64,000 nt of DNA from Bdellovibrionales bacterium (GTDB lineage: Bacteria; Bdellovibrionota; Bdellovibrionia; Bdellovibrionales; UBA1609): contig CBDCMT010000001.1 in NCBI GenBank assembly GCA_965219095.1, forward strand, positions 672,001-736,000, in the 5' to 3' direction. This document shows, in pieces, positions 1 through 10,462 of the stretch. The position numbers and the translations under genes are program-made. The notes beneath the pieces are model-generated. The model did not search any database. It saw only the letters and a list, made by a program, of their open reading frames with translations, and was not told the origin of the DNA. How positions within the stretch are numbered: position 1 is the stretch's first letter; each line of letters opens with the position of its first letter.

Positions 1-430
1 TTAATATTTCATTGGAGTATTGGCCAAGAGATTTTTGCAAATCTATTTCCCTAGCTATTTTATCTAAAACAAGCAAAGGACCATAAACCTTGACCTTTTC
101 TATTTCAAGATCAGATGAACTCATTGAAATTACAGTTTCACCATTCTCTTCCTTCCCGATGTACCGAATATGCTTTTGGATAACTTTTCCATCAACCCTT
201 TTGTTCTCTACTTCTGCAAGATATGTCACCTTTCCTCTTTTTATTCTTCTGATAAAGCTCATATTTCTCCCTCCTATAGTGTAATATATTACACTACAAA
301 GGAAAATGCAAGGCAAGTTATTTTTTGTGATTTTATCTAAAAATCGAAAATTCCCCTATGAAAACTGAGATTTTTATGGAAAATGGGAAATTATAGCTTT
401 GTAGTGTACATTTTTGGTCACGAATTTAGG
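1..430 (-). mobile_element. IS1634-family element, 5' part (runs off window start); transposase N-terminus <1..262
   Basis: Near-identical to 7802..8232; ends in terminal IR gtagtgtacatttttggtcacgaatttagg. Confidence 0.9.
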
Positions 431-789
431 TAATTGACTTTCTATCTTTTGAAAAATAAATGTCTCCGTATACAAAAGACTTCCATCTTAAACAATCATT
501 TAGTATAGTCTTCAAAAGCATCTCTTCCCTCCTTTTTTTTTTTTTTTGAATAACATTTTAAGGCATCTGGGAAGTAGGTGCTTCTTTTTTAAAATTTTAA
601 TGTAACACAGCAAATAAAAGCAAATAAAATGAATGTTTTTGAGTTCAATCACCGGAGGTGATAGAGGCCAGTAAGGGCCTCAAAGAACTCAAAAATACAA
701 GATAGGATGTCTTACTCTTGCTTTGATTAATATGAGCCTTTTTGGGGGATTTCTAGCTACTTTTCACCCACAGATTCCCGGGAGGAGCC
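431..789 (-). mobile_element. ISL3 left-end remnant (transposase start and terminal IR), cut by the IS1634 copy
   Basis: Near-identical to 13740..14097, including cagattcccgggaggagcc. Confidence 0.9.
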
Positions 790-1197
790 TTTTTTTTAAG
801 AGGGGAAAAAGGTTGCAAAATGAATATGAGAGTAAAGAGAATATCGATCGAAAATACAAACTGCTTATGTATGATACAGAAAAATGGGTATCAAAAAAAT
901 ACAGAAGCCATGACTTACAAAGACTTTGTAAACGTTTGGTCAAATATCGAGATGAAATTTATACTTTCATTAAGTCTGGAGTAGACCCCACTAACAATTA
1001 TGGAGAGAGGGAAATTAGGCCTGCTGTACTTATGAGAAAAATTTCTTATTGCAATCGCTCAGAACAGGGAGCCCATAACCAAGAGGTTATGATGAGTGTC
1101 GCTCGAATGGCCAAAAAACAGAATCTATCCTTCGTTGACATGGCTACTGAATACCTCTCTAAACATTAAAATCACTAGAATTTAAGTGAACAGTTAC
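790..1197 (+). mobile_element. IS66-family transposase 3' remnant with right end
   Basis: DPTNNYGEREIRPAVLMRKISYCNRS motif; terminal gtgaacagttac; the N-terminus of ORF 723..1169 is ISL3 sequence. Confidence 0.8.
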
Positions 1198-1445
1198 CAA
1201 CACAGAGTGTTATGATAAGCTTGAGAGAAAAAGACCATCTGACGAACTTATAGCAGACGTGTAAAAAAAATTCATAATTATTGTTATTTTTACTATAATT
1301 TGAGAAAACTTGACCTTATAAATAATAAATGTTAATATTACATCAATAGGTTTTATTTATCATTTACGTGATTTGATTTTGACTGAGAAGAACCAGAGAA
1401 TTGGAGTTTTGGAGTTATAGGAATGAATGAAAACAAAGGAGACAA

Positions 1446-2228
1446 ATGCTTAGAGAGCCTAATTTAGAGCTTTTAAAACGATCGCAAGGATTAAAAAAAT
1501 CCCAGAGAACCTCTTCTTTTGCAGATAAGCTTTTAGATTTTGATTACATAACTCTTAAAGGGAAAAACACTCATCACCCTTATTATAATTCTATCTTTTC
1601 TTTTTGGTACACGATCTGGAGTTATGTGTATAAAAGACATGTAGGTCTTAAACATTATTATAGCGATGATTTTTTTATGGCAGACAAAATTCATACTATT
1701 TTATATAAAAAAATTCCTTTAGCCTGTATCTCATCTACAAAATTTGATATAAGAAAATCATCTTTCAGATGTACTAAATTCTTAAAAAATCATCTTACCA
1801 AAGAAGTTATTGAATATGCAGAACATCATAAATATTACGATGTATCAGTATTAAATTTTTTAGTTACAAGAAGAAATTTAAAAAGGAAATTCAATCTTCT
1901 ACAAACAGACATAGCCACAGCCATATCAGTTTTATCCATTAAAGATTTTGTTCATTCTGATTCTCAATTAGCCATCACTTGTACTCGTAACGATGTGAAA
2001 GTAAACAAAATTGCTCTTAATCTAGGGGGGTTTTTATTCAAAGAGACAAGTACTAACAACATCAAAAGTGATATCATTCTTTATAAGAAAAGTGATTTCA
2101 CATGCACAAATCTAAATCAATCCCTAAGGGATTTAATTGATTTTTTATGGAACAAGAAACATAAGCCGACACTAATACAAAATATGAAACAAAAAAAAGA
2201 AAGCAGATCTTATGAACATACATTATGA
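1446..2228 (+). CDS. Hypothetical protein, possible GNAT/acyltransferase-like fold
   Basis: 260 aa, aaagga RBS, overlaps the next gene; fold assignment is by eye only. Confidence 0.6.
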   Translation: MLREPNLELLKRSQGLKKSQRTSSFADKLLDFDYITLKGKNTHHPYYNSIFSFWYTIWSYVYKRHVGLKHYYSDDFFMADKIHTILYKKIPLACISSTKFDIRKSSFRCTKFLKNHLTKEVIEYAEHHKYYDVSVLNFLVTRRNLKRKFNLLQTDIATAISVLSIKDFVHSDSQLAITCTRNDVKVNKIALNLGGFLFKETSTNNIKSDIILYKKSDFTCTNLNQSLRDLIDFLWNKKHKPTLIQNMKQKKESRSYEHTL

Positions 2229-2838
2229 AAATCTTATAAGTAGAGTTGAAAAAGCTAAAACAATTATGCAAAAAACATTAGAAGGTCTCCCTTGGAAGCA
2301 GAATGAAGCTTATGCTGAATTTCTTGCTCAAACCTATTATTATGTGTCCTACACAACAAGACATATGGCATTAGCGGCAGGGCTTTGTCCCTTAGAAAAA
2401 AAGGATTTACATAATAAGCTCATCAAAGGGGCCTATGAGGAAATCAATCATGAAGATATGATTATAAATGATTTAGCAACATTAGGTTTTAATGCAAAAG
2501 ATTTTAAAGAACATACAGAGACAAAAAACTTTTATCATTCAACAAGAGAGTTAATTAAAAATAGAGGGTCAGAAGCTCTTTTAGCTTTTTCCATTCCTAT
2601 TGAAACTCTATCATCTGAAGGAGATTTTATTTATAACACAGTCACACAAGCCCATGGAAAAGAGGCTGCTACTTTCTTAGAAGAACATTGTATTTTAGAT
2701 AAAGAGCATGCTAAGGAAAATAGAGAGTTTGTAAAAACTCTTAAACCTGAACAAATAGACATTATAAAAGAAGTTTTACCTACAGCATGTCATAATTATT
2801 GTTCCATGATCGAAAAAATTACAAATCACTATCAATAA
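2212..2838 (+). CDS. Heme-oxygenase-like diiron oxidase / iron-containing redox enzyme (CADD/PqqC/TenA-like fold)
   Basis: EEINHE, central Glu and HCILDKEH metal-ligand motifs in a helical 208-aa protein. Confidence 0.8.
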   Translation: MNIHYENLISRVEKAKTIMQKTLEGLPWKQNEAYAEFLAQTYYYVSYTTRHMALAAGLCPLEKKDLHNKLIKGAYEEINHEDMIINDLATLGFNAKDFKEHTETKNFYHSTRELIKNRGSEALLAFSIPIETLSSEGDFIYNTVTQAHGKEAATFLEEHCILDKEHAKENREFVKTLKPEQIDIIKEVLPTACHNYCSMIEKITNHYQ

Positions 2839-2869
2839 AAATTGAGGTTCAAGTTGGACTGCGTTGAAA

Positions 2870-3000
2870 AAGTGGATATAACTTGATCTAAAACGCTTAT
2901 GTACAACAAAGCTCCTCTTTTAAATAAGTTGAAATGGAAATTTTTGAGTGGATTGAAGCTTACTACAACACGCAACACCTTCATTCTGCCTTGGCAAAAC
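2870..3000 (+). mobile_element. IS debris: IS903-like terminal repeat followed by an IS3 integrase C-terminal scrap
   Basis: aagtggatataacttgatctaaaacgcttatgtacaacaaagc is also found (reverse complement) near 10087 and 44786; FEWIEAYYNTQHLHSAL. Confidence 0.6.
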
Positions 3001-3102
3001 CTCTTTAGAATTTGAAAAATTCAGGAAATAAAGTATGGTACCTCTTAAAAAAATCAACTATTTCAACTCATACCACCACACAGTTCAAAGGGTTTCTTAA
3101 AT

Positions 3103-3320
3103 TTATTGAACAGGCCCACCACAAACATCAGGAGTCCAAATAGGATCAGCATACTGTCCAGAGGAATTTTTGTGAATGTTAAAACATACTCTTATGGTTT
3201 TATCACCCCATATGCGAACACTAACTCCATTAAGACAATAATGTACAGTACCACCGATCGGTCCTTCTATTTTACAGTTCGAATGAAACTCTAAAAAGTT
3301 ACGATTCCATAGACTTGCAC
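3103..3320 (-). pseudogene. 3' fragment of a Cys-containing hypothetical protein, truncated by a MITE end
   Basis: Open frame GASLWNRNFLEFHSNCKIEGP...DVCGGPVQ* abuts cctaagcggaagcactata. Confidence 0.45.
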
Positions 3321-3338
3321 CTAAGCGGAAGCACTATA

Positions 3339-3947
3339 TGCTATAGGAGTCGACGAGATACAATGGAAAAAGAACCATAAGTATCTCACCTTAGTCTATG
3401 AAATAAGCAAAGAAAGTATTCGTTTGCTATGGATAGGAGAGAAAAGAACAGAGGAGAGTTTCAACAAGTTTTTTGATTTACTAGGAGAGAAGTCAAAAGA
3501 TATACAGTTTGTGTGTTCTGATATGTGGAAGCCCTATTTAAAAGTAATAAAGGAAAGGGCAAGTCAAGCTTTGAATATATTAGATCGGTTTCATATCGTA
3601 GCAAGACTCAATAAGGCTTTAGACGAAGTGAGAGCTTCAGAACACAAAAAAATGAAAGAAGACGGGTATGAACCCCTTTTAACAAAAGCTAGATGGCCCT
3701 TGTTAAAAAATGCAGAAAATTTAAAATCTTATGAAAAAGTAAAATTAAGGCATTTAATACAGTACAATTTAAAAAGTATCCGCTGTTATTTTTTAAAAGA
3801 AGACTTCCGACAGTTATGGACCTATGTTTCACCAACTTGGGCTGGTAAATTTATAGACAGTTGGACGAAACGAGTCATGCTTTCAAAAATTGAACCTATG
3901 AAAAGAGAAGCAAAAACCATACGAAGACATAAGCTATTTATTCTTAA
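3339..3947 (+). pseudogene. ISL3 transposase internal fragment
   Basis: Close match to the central part of 33787..35034. Confidence 0.9.
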
Positions 3948-4025
3948 TTAGTCGAATGTGAAAAATGCACAAACAGCTAAAAACATTTGTTTTTAGCTGT
4001 TTGTGCATTTTTCACGTTCGACTAA
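3948..4025. repeat. 78-bp near-perfect palindrome (fold-back IS end)
   Basis: 38-bp arms with one mismatch; the end tagtcgaa(c/t)gtgaaaaat also occurs singly near 35308. Confidence 0.85.
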
Positions 4026-4289
4026 GTAGATTCAATCTCCACCCCAGAAGGCGAAGGATTCTATAGAAAATACCAAAAACATGGTAAAAATATACTTTTT
4101 CAACATATAGGAATACGCTTAAGATTCTCCAGTCATTCTCTAGAGATTCGATACTCTAAAAATTTAACAGAGTTTGATCAAAAAGCCAGGACGCTACGCA
4201 TTAAAAGAATGTCGAATTAATTTTTGGAAATGGTATTACCTTTAACGGCTCAGAGCAGTGCATAATATCTTTTTAATTTATCTTGATAA

Positions 4290-4617
4290 CCTAAATCCAC
4301 GCTAAAAATAATCACTACATTGCTCTAACATAAGATAAGTTCCATAAGTACAGAAATTTTCCAGTAAAAATCTGTACAAAGTTTATTTTTCTGATAAAAA
4401 GAAAAAAGGTAACTGCTCACTCTCGTAAGTTTTTATTTAAAGCCATCTCTATGGCTTTAAATAAAAACTTACGAGAGTGAGCAGTTACGAAAAAAGTTTA
4501 AATGTCTCGAATAGTTGCTCTAAGCAAAATTCAAAAAAATATCATAAAGGCTATTGACAAAAGGCTTCTCAAAGAAATGAAAACCAGTAGTGATCATTTT
4601 TAGCGTGGAATTTGGGT
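4290..4617 (+). mobile_element. Internally deleted IS1634-like mini-element
   Basis: IRs cctaaatccacgctaaaaataatcactac / gtagtgatcatttttagcgtggaatttggg; flanking ttgataa duplication; C-terminal scrap SRIVALSKIQKNII resembles the end of 6547..8064. Confidence 0.75.
4409..4488. mobile_element. 80-bp palindromic mini-IS66 (two right ends) with 8-bp target duplication
   Basis: 38-bp perfect arms match the IS66 right end (12549..12576 + 14106..14125); gaaaaaag on both sides. Confidence 0.9.
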
Positions 4618-4770
4618 TTGATAAGTTAGAGCATTTTTTTGCATTGAGTAAAAACCCCATTAATGTTCATAGGATAAAAAAATAAGTTATTTGAAACAGA
4701 AGGTTTGACTAGAAAAAAACTATATAGTAAGGAATTAAATCCTGCCTTCTTAAATAGAAAGGAGTAGTTT

Positions 4771-5955
4771 GTGCAAAATCAAATAAAAATTTTCTTTAGA
4801 TATCTTTCTTATATTTTCATCAGTTTTTGTCTTACTAATTGCAACCAAAAGGGTATAGAAAATTCTAATGCATACTCCTTAAAATACATTCAACTGATAG
4901 AGGGAGATATCCCCCTTTTTGATGAAAATGAGATTATAGATTTTACGGAATATAAAAATGTTATGATTTTTATTGATGATTTCATGGATAGTTTTATTCC
5001 TGGAAAAAATGACAATCACCCTTTGGAAAGAAAGGATCTTTTAATCCTTTTTTCCAAAGTCAAGTTTCAAAGAAAGGCTTATCAACTTATTTATCCTAAA
5101 CTTAATAATTGGCAAACTATTAAAAACCTTTCTTCATGGTGTCGTTATAGGAAAAATCATGTTACTAGAGGAAAAATAAAAAAAGGACTTAATTTTTGGT
5201 TGAAAAACAAAAAAGCAATATTAGAAAATATAGATAATGTAGATCCTTTTATTCTTCTTTCTACATTAGGAATTGAAACTATTTACGGAAGCTATACAGG
5301 AAATTTTCCTATCCTTTCAACGCTTATGACTCTTTCATTTACAAAAGGAAGAAGAAAAGATTTTTTTTCTTCTGAGCTTAAATCTTTTCTCACTTTACTT
5401 TACAAACAAAGAACTTTCTTCGTAAATTATGTAAGAGAATGGCACAAATTTCCAAAGGGATCTTATGCTAGTGCTATGGGACTTCCTCAATTTTTAGCTT
5501 CGAATTATTTAAAACTCGCTAAAGATGCTGATGGAGATGGAGCAATTGACTTATGGAAAAGTATTTCTGATATAGCAAAAAGCATGTCATATTATTATGA
5601 ACATCATGGCTGGAGGTTTAATGAACCTATAGGAATGAAAATCAAAGTTCCGCCTCATAAAAAAGAAGATCTTAACAAAATTATCGAAGAAAATGGCAGG
5701 TTTGAACCTTGGATCACCATCTCTCAACTAAGAACTTTAGGCATTTATTTACCTGAAGCACTGGATCCCAATGAAAAAGTCTCTCTTTTTTTATTTCAAT
5801 GTCCTGAAAATTTTGAAAATAATTTTTATTTTATAGGGTTTTTTAACTTCTATGTCATAACACGTTATAACCATAGCTCTTTTTACGCCATGGCTGTCTA
5901 TGAACTAAGCCAAAAGCTTTTTGAGGAAATTAAGTTACAATCCCTTATCCCTTAA
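4771..5955 (+). CDS. mltB: Lytic murein transglycosylase B
   Basis: LGIETIYG, GSYASAMGLPQF, DADGDGAIDLW and ITRYNHSSFYAMAV motifs; N-terminal lipoprotein-like signal. Confidence 0.92.
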   Translation: MQNQIKIFFRYLSYIFISFCLTNCNQKGIENSNAYSLKYIQLIEGDIPLFDENEIIDFTEYKNVMIFIDDFMDSFIPGKNDNHPLERKDLLILFSKVKFQRKAYQLIYPKLNNWQTIKNLSSWCRYRKNHVTRGKIKKGLNFWLKNKKAILENIDNVDPFILLSTLGIETIYGSYTGNFPILSTLMTLSFTKGRRKDFFSSELKSFLTLLYKQRTFFVNYVREWHKFPKGSYASAMGLPQFLASNYLKLAKDADGDGAIDLWKSISDIAKSMSYYYEHHGWRFNEPIGMKIKVPPHKKEDLNKIIEENGRFEPWITISQLRTLGIYLPEALDPNEKVSLFLFQCPENFENNFYFIGFFNFYVITRYNHSSFYAMAVYELSQKLFEEIKLQSLIP

Positions 5956-5969
5956 ACCCAAAAACTTTT

Positions 5970-6020
5970 GCCTCCTCAAAAGAATCTGTGGGTAAAAAGT
6001 AGCTAGAAATCCCCCAAAAA
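5970..6020. mobile_element. Chimeric ISL3 end (right-end IR joined to left-end sequence)
   Basis: gcctcctcaaaagaatctgtggg (right end) continues as taaaaagtagctagaaatccccc (left end). Confidence 0.7.
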
Positions 6021-6533
6021 AATTTTTATAATACCTGCTGTATCGAAACCATAAGGAGCCTCCTTGGAAATCACGACTCAAAAATTCAGTTACACAATTT
6101 AGCTCGTCCAGCTACTTTTTAGTCCCAAAACTTTTCGCTTACCCAAATACTTTGCTCAGTCTTCATAAATCTTTCATCATAAATAGAAATTTCTAAGGAC
6201 ATTTTAACACATGTATCTCTCGAAAGACCATATCCAAGTGCTCGAGAGTTAGGGGGAATTAACTCCTCTATACTGGTATAGCTTGTTTTAAATTGAAAGT
6301 ACTTAATTTCTGAGCCTCCTCTTAAAACATGCTTGTTCCCTCTGACATCTGTAAACACAAGTTTAATCTGTTCCTTTTCTTTTTGATTTTGAAGTAAATT
6401 AGTATCAAAGTAAATTAAATAATTACCTTCACCTTCGTAATGTAGTACAGTGGTTGGCATATAAATCGTAAATGTTTCAAGTTGAAGCTTTACTTTTGGA
6501 AAACCAATTCTTTCTAGTTCCGTAGCTAAATTT

Positions 6534-8232
6534 CCTGAGTTCGTGCTCAAAAATGTACACTACAGACGGACGTTTTTTTGACAAGACTTTTTCCAATAGA
6601 TCTTAGTATTTTTTCTTGAACTTTATTCAAAGCTACTGTTTTGATAAGTCTAGTTTTATTTTTTCGGTCATAAAGATAGACATTATACATGCTACCGAGT
6701 TCTTCAAGAGCTTCCTCTGGAGACATCTGCATCTTTTCAAGCTTCATTTTTAGAATTGAAAGTATCAGACAAGATAAATAGCATATAAAGACATGTGATT
6801 GAACTCTGTTGTAAAGCCAATGACGAATTGGTCTCAAATTTGTTATTCCCTTTAAGGTCCTAAAAAATTTTTCGATTACCTCTTTCTTATAGTACAAATT
6901 AACAATATCTTTTGCAGAGATCTTTTTTGTAGAAAATATACAAGAGTAACCATCAAACTCAGATTCTAAATTCAACCGATCTCTTCTTAATCTTCCTGTT
7001 GGAGTAAGGTATTTTTCCAAACCTGGTTTTATATTTTTATTTTTAGACAAAAGAATTTGTGCGTTTGCAATTTCGTCCAAACGAGATTCTCTTATATCTA
7101 AAGCTCTCCTTTGATTGTAACAAACAACTAAACGTCCTTTGATTTTTCCAACATTGTGATTAATGCTCTGAGCATACAAGGTACCACTTGATAACCTGAT
7201 GCGATGGGATACATCAACAATAGAGTCTAGCCTTATCATTTTTCTAATCAAATCCTTCTCTTTTTTTCTGAGAGCAATCCCACAAAGCGTATTCCAGCCC
7301 AATTCATTGATTTCATTGAGGTTTCTCTCTGAGAAAATGCCTCTGTCGTAAACAAACATTCCTCCACTTAGTCCATAGTTTGCAAATCCATCGGATAAAC
7401 TTAGTAGAGTCCTGCTATCGTGTATGTTTCCACTAAAAGTTTTATGAAACACTGGTATTCCTTCTTTTTGAGTTGTCACCAAACCAATTTGAATCAAAGG
7501 ATTTCCACGTTTCCCATCCTTACTCTTTCCTAATTTTCCAAGCTGACATTTGCTACCATAAAGGTATGTATTGGTAACATCGTACACCAACCCTTTTAGC
7601 TCAAGATTGTACCTTTTCTGAACACCTTGAAATATTTTCTTCTGTAAATTTTCTGGATCACTCTCTAAAGAATCTAGAGCAGAAAGCAAACGACTTTCGG
7701 TTAGATCCTCTAAATTTAGCAAAGTGTTTAAATCTGTTCTCTCATACCATTTTGGCATTTTTCTAAGGCTTTTGTAATCTAAACAGTGAGCATAGACCAT
7801 GCTTAATATTTCATTGGAGTATTGGCCAAGAGATTTTTGCAAATCTATTTCTCTAGCTATTTTATCTAAAACAAGCAAAGGACCATAAACCTTGACCTTT
7901 TTTATTTCAAGATCAGATGAACTCATTGAAATTACAGTTTCACCATTCTCTTCCTTCCCGATGTACCGAATATGCTTTTGGATAACTTTTCCATCGACCC
8001 TTTTGTTCTCTACTTCTGCAAGATATGTCACCTTTCCTCTTTTTATTCTTCTGATAAAGCTCATATTTCTCCCTCCTGTAGTGTAATATATTACACTATA
8101 AAGGAAAATGCAAGGCAAGTTATTTTTTGTGATTTTATCTAAAAATTGAAAATTCCCCTATGAAAACTGAGATTTTTATGGAAAATAGGAAATTATAGCT
8201 TTGTAGTGTACATTTTTGGTCACGAATTTAGG
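6534..8232 (-). mobile_element. Complete IS1634-family element
   Basis: 30-bp imperfect IRs (cctgagttcgtgctcaaaaatgtacactac); (t)aaattt target duplication. Confidence 0.93.
6547..8064 (-). CDS. IS1634-family DDE transposase
   Basis: YDVTNTY, VYDRG, IEKFFRTLKG-LRPIRHW motifs; start MSFIRR follows a ggagggag RBS. Confidence 0.92.
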   Translation of the reverse strand: MSFIRRIKRGKVTYLAEVENKRVDGKVIQKHIRYIGKEENGETVISMSSSDLEIKKVKVYGPLLVLDKIAREIDLQKSLGQYSNEILSMVYAHCLDYKSLRKMPKWYERTDLNTLLNLEDLTESRLLSALDSLESDPENLQKKIFQGVQKRYNLELKGLVYDVTNTYLYGSKCQLGKLGKSKDGKRGNPLIQIGLVTTQKEGIPVFHKTFSGNIHDSRTLLSLSDGFANYGLSGGMFVYDRGIFSERNLNEINELGWNTLCGIALRKKEKDLIRKMIRLDSIVDVSHRIRLSSGTLYAQSINHNVGKIKGRLVVCYNQRRALDIRESRLDEIANAQILLSKNKNIKPGLEKYLTPTGRLRRDRLNLESEFDGYSCIFSTKKISAKDIVNLYYKKEVIEKFFRTLKGITNLRPIRHWLYNRVQSHVFICYLSCLILSILKMKLEKMQMSPEEALEELGSMYNVYLYDRKNKTRLIKTVALNKVQEKILRSIGKSLVKKTSVCSVHF

Positions 8233-8500
8233 TAAATTTAGATTTCTTTCTGCAGGAAAAAAGGTTTCTCTGAAATGAATTGCCAATCGATCAGATCTAT
8301 CCTCAGCTGGTAAAACTCTAAGAGAGTTAGGACTTTTTTTTCCCACTTTAAAGTCAGGCAAAGGCTCCCTTGAAGCATACGCAAGTTGTGATATTATTAA
8401 AATACCTAAAAAATTATTGTTTTCATTTTATCCTCCTATTTTTCTTGATACTCTTTACTTGAAAAAACTATTCTTATCTATTAAAAATCCTCCTTTCACT

Positions 8501-8785
8501 TTAAAAAAACGACATTAGGTCTTTTTTTATGTTTTTTACCTTTTCTTCCAAAAGTTCAAGCTCTCTAAAAATTTTATTCTGATCCGGTTTTTTCCCTGTA
8601 ATAAGCTCAAATAGGCTAAGATTAAAGAGTGAAGCAATTTTTGGATACGGCTCCTCTCCTTGAATCGCTCTCCCATACTCCCACTCTCGATAGGTAGTTT
8701 CCGGAACTCCAAGTTTCTCAGCTGTACTTTTTACCGTCCAACCCTGACTTTGTCTTAAAGCTTTTAGTCTCTTATTAAAATTCAA
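8501..8785 (-). CDS. XRE-family HTH regulator
   Basis: LKALRQSQGWTVKSTAEKLGVPETTYREWEYG. Confidence 0.85.
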   Translation of the reverse strand: MNFNKRLKALRQSQGWTVKSTAEKLGVPETTYREWEYGRAIQGEEPYPKIASLFNLSLFELITGKKPDQNKIFRELELLEEKVKNIKKDLMSFF

Positions 8786-9049
8786 GTTTTTTCTCCTCTA
8801 GAATCTTTCTAGCACACTCTATTTGTTTTCTAAAATGATATAATTTCAATAAAATTGTACAATAAAATAGAATAATTAAATGAATCAACTGACTGTCCTT
8901 ATCTAAATTATGGTTTCATTCCATGATTTCGAGTCTAACAGCATGAACTGCGTCACAACTGCCACAATTAAAATGGTCGTTACACTTCCATTCTAGCAAA
9001 CTCTTTTCACAGGAGAATGTAGCTTCTTGACGAGAAATGGGACATCCTC

Positions 9050-9150
9050 TTCTTGACTTCTAAGACTTGCGTCATAAATACATGATCTTTTTCTTTAGGA
9101 ATTGCTACTAAACTTGGTGCTAAATTTAAGACTCTCATTACCTCTTTCAT
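9050..9150 (-). pseudogene. 5' stub of the gene divergent from the LysR gene, truncated at an IS256-like end
   Basis: aggag RBS plus MKEVMRVLNLAP...; stops at ggacatcctc, the terminal motif also seen at 40666. Confidence 0.5.
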
Positions 9151-9241
9151 AACAACTCCTTTTTTCTCTTTAAAAAAAGTTACATTACCAGGTGAAATAA
9201 ATATAATGATTAATTTAATTTATTATGATTAAGATATATTT

Positions 9242-10075
9242 ATGTCTTTAATGATGGACGATCTTCGTTATTTTAATGTTATTTCAAGCACTTTTAACAT
9301 GACAAGAGCTTCAGAAATTTTAGGCGTGAGTCAGCCTGCTTTGAGTTATGCCATTAAAAGACTTGAAAGAGAGCTTGGAGGAGAGCTTCTTATTCGTTTA
9401 AAAAATGGAGTTCAGCTAACACGACTTGGTGAAGAATTTTCTAAGCAGAGTAGAGTTGTTCTTTTTGAATGGGAGCAAGCTCAAAAGTTAGTAGTTTATC
9501 AAAAAAATGAAGTTTCTGGCAGGTATTCGATCGGTCTTCATTCGTCTGTTGCACTTTATACTTTAGAACACTTTTTGCCACAGCTCAATGATCAATACCC
9601 AGGTTTAGAAGTTTCTTTAAAACATGGCTTATCCAGAGAAATCACTGAACAAGTTATCAGTTGGAAGATTGACTTTGGTATTGTTGTTAATCCTAAAGCC
9701 CATTTAGATTTAGTTATTAAAGAGCTTTGTTATGACAAAGTTACATTATTTTCCAATCAAAAAACACACAATACTCTCATCTTTGACCCCAACCTTCAAC
9801 AGACACAAGCTATTCATAAAAAACTTAAAAAAAATTTCTTTTCCAGTAAAAAGAAGATGACTTCTGAAAATTTAGAAGTCATTGCCAAGTTAACATCTCT
9901 AGGAGTTGGTGTAGGAATTCTTCCAGAAAGAGTTGCAAAACAGTACAGAAACTTAAAGCCACTAAAAAATGCACCTGATTATCTTGATCGTATTTGCCTT
10001 ATTTATCGTAAGGAAAAACAAAAAAGCCTTGCAAGCAAAGTCATTATAACTGCCATTTCATCCATAAAAATTTAG
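9242..10075 (+). CDS. LysR-family transcriptional regulator
   Basis: NMTRASEILGVSQPALSYAIKRLE HTH plus substrate-binding domain. Confidence 0.95.
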   Translation: MSLMMDDLRYFNVISSTFNMTRASEILGVSQPALSYAIKRLERELGGELLIRLKNGVQLTRLGEEFSKQSRVVLFEWEQAQKLVVYQKNEVSGRYSIGLHSSVALYTLEHFLPQLNDQYPGLEVSLKHGLSREITEQVISWKIDFGIVVNPKAHLDLVIKELCYDKVTLFSNQKTHNTLIFDPNLQQTQAIHKKLKKNFFSSKKKMTSENLEVIAKLTSLGVGVGILPERVAKQYRNLKPLKNAPDYLDRICLIYRKEKQKSLASKVIITAISSIKI

Positions 10076-10086
10076 TTTAAAAAAAG

Positions 10087-10462
10087 GACTTTGCTGTACA
10101 CAAGCGTTTTAGATCAAGTTGTTTCCACTTGAGGTGACATCATTCCTATTGAGTTTGAAGTCTGATAACCCGAATTTTGACTTTTATACCATTTCCAAAA
10201 ATTAATTCGATATTTTTTAACTCATAGCGTCCTGGCTTTTTTATCAAACTCTGTTAAATTTTTAGAGTGTCTATCAAAAAGTATGTCAAGAAAAAACACT
10301 TCTCCATTTACAAAAAATATAAAAAATTTTTTTTGCATACGGTCACGAATATTCTAATCACCTAAGAAAAAACTTCCTGCATTTCCTTTCCATTTTTAAT
10401 GACTCTTCCTTTACACATTGTAAAACAAACATATTCCTATTATGCGTCTATCTGAACCTTTT
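10087..10462. mobile_element. Stack of IS ends (IS903-like, IS982-like, IS630) plus a 180-bp repeat shared with 33043 and 43155
   Basis: Direct sequence matches to other copies in the window. Confidence 0.7.

Larger units (their letters stand above)
6119..8426 (-). pseudogene. Secreted hypothetical protein gene interrupted by IS1634, with a T6 frameshift near the start
   Basis: Removing the IS joins ...PAERNLNL to ATELERIGF... in frame; ggagga RBS and ATG at 8426; a signal peptide is restored by one extra T at 8408-8413. Confidence 0.75.

Noticed and set aside
90..284. 64-aa ORF (and its twin 7892..8086)
   Set aside because: Antisense to the IS1634 transposase
3948..4488. Long hairpins as integron attC sites, terminators or ncRNAs
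   Set aside because: The arms of 4409..4488 match an IS end and carry a target duplication; no integrase or cassette structure
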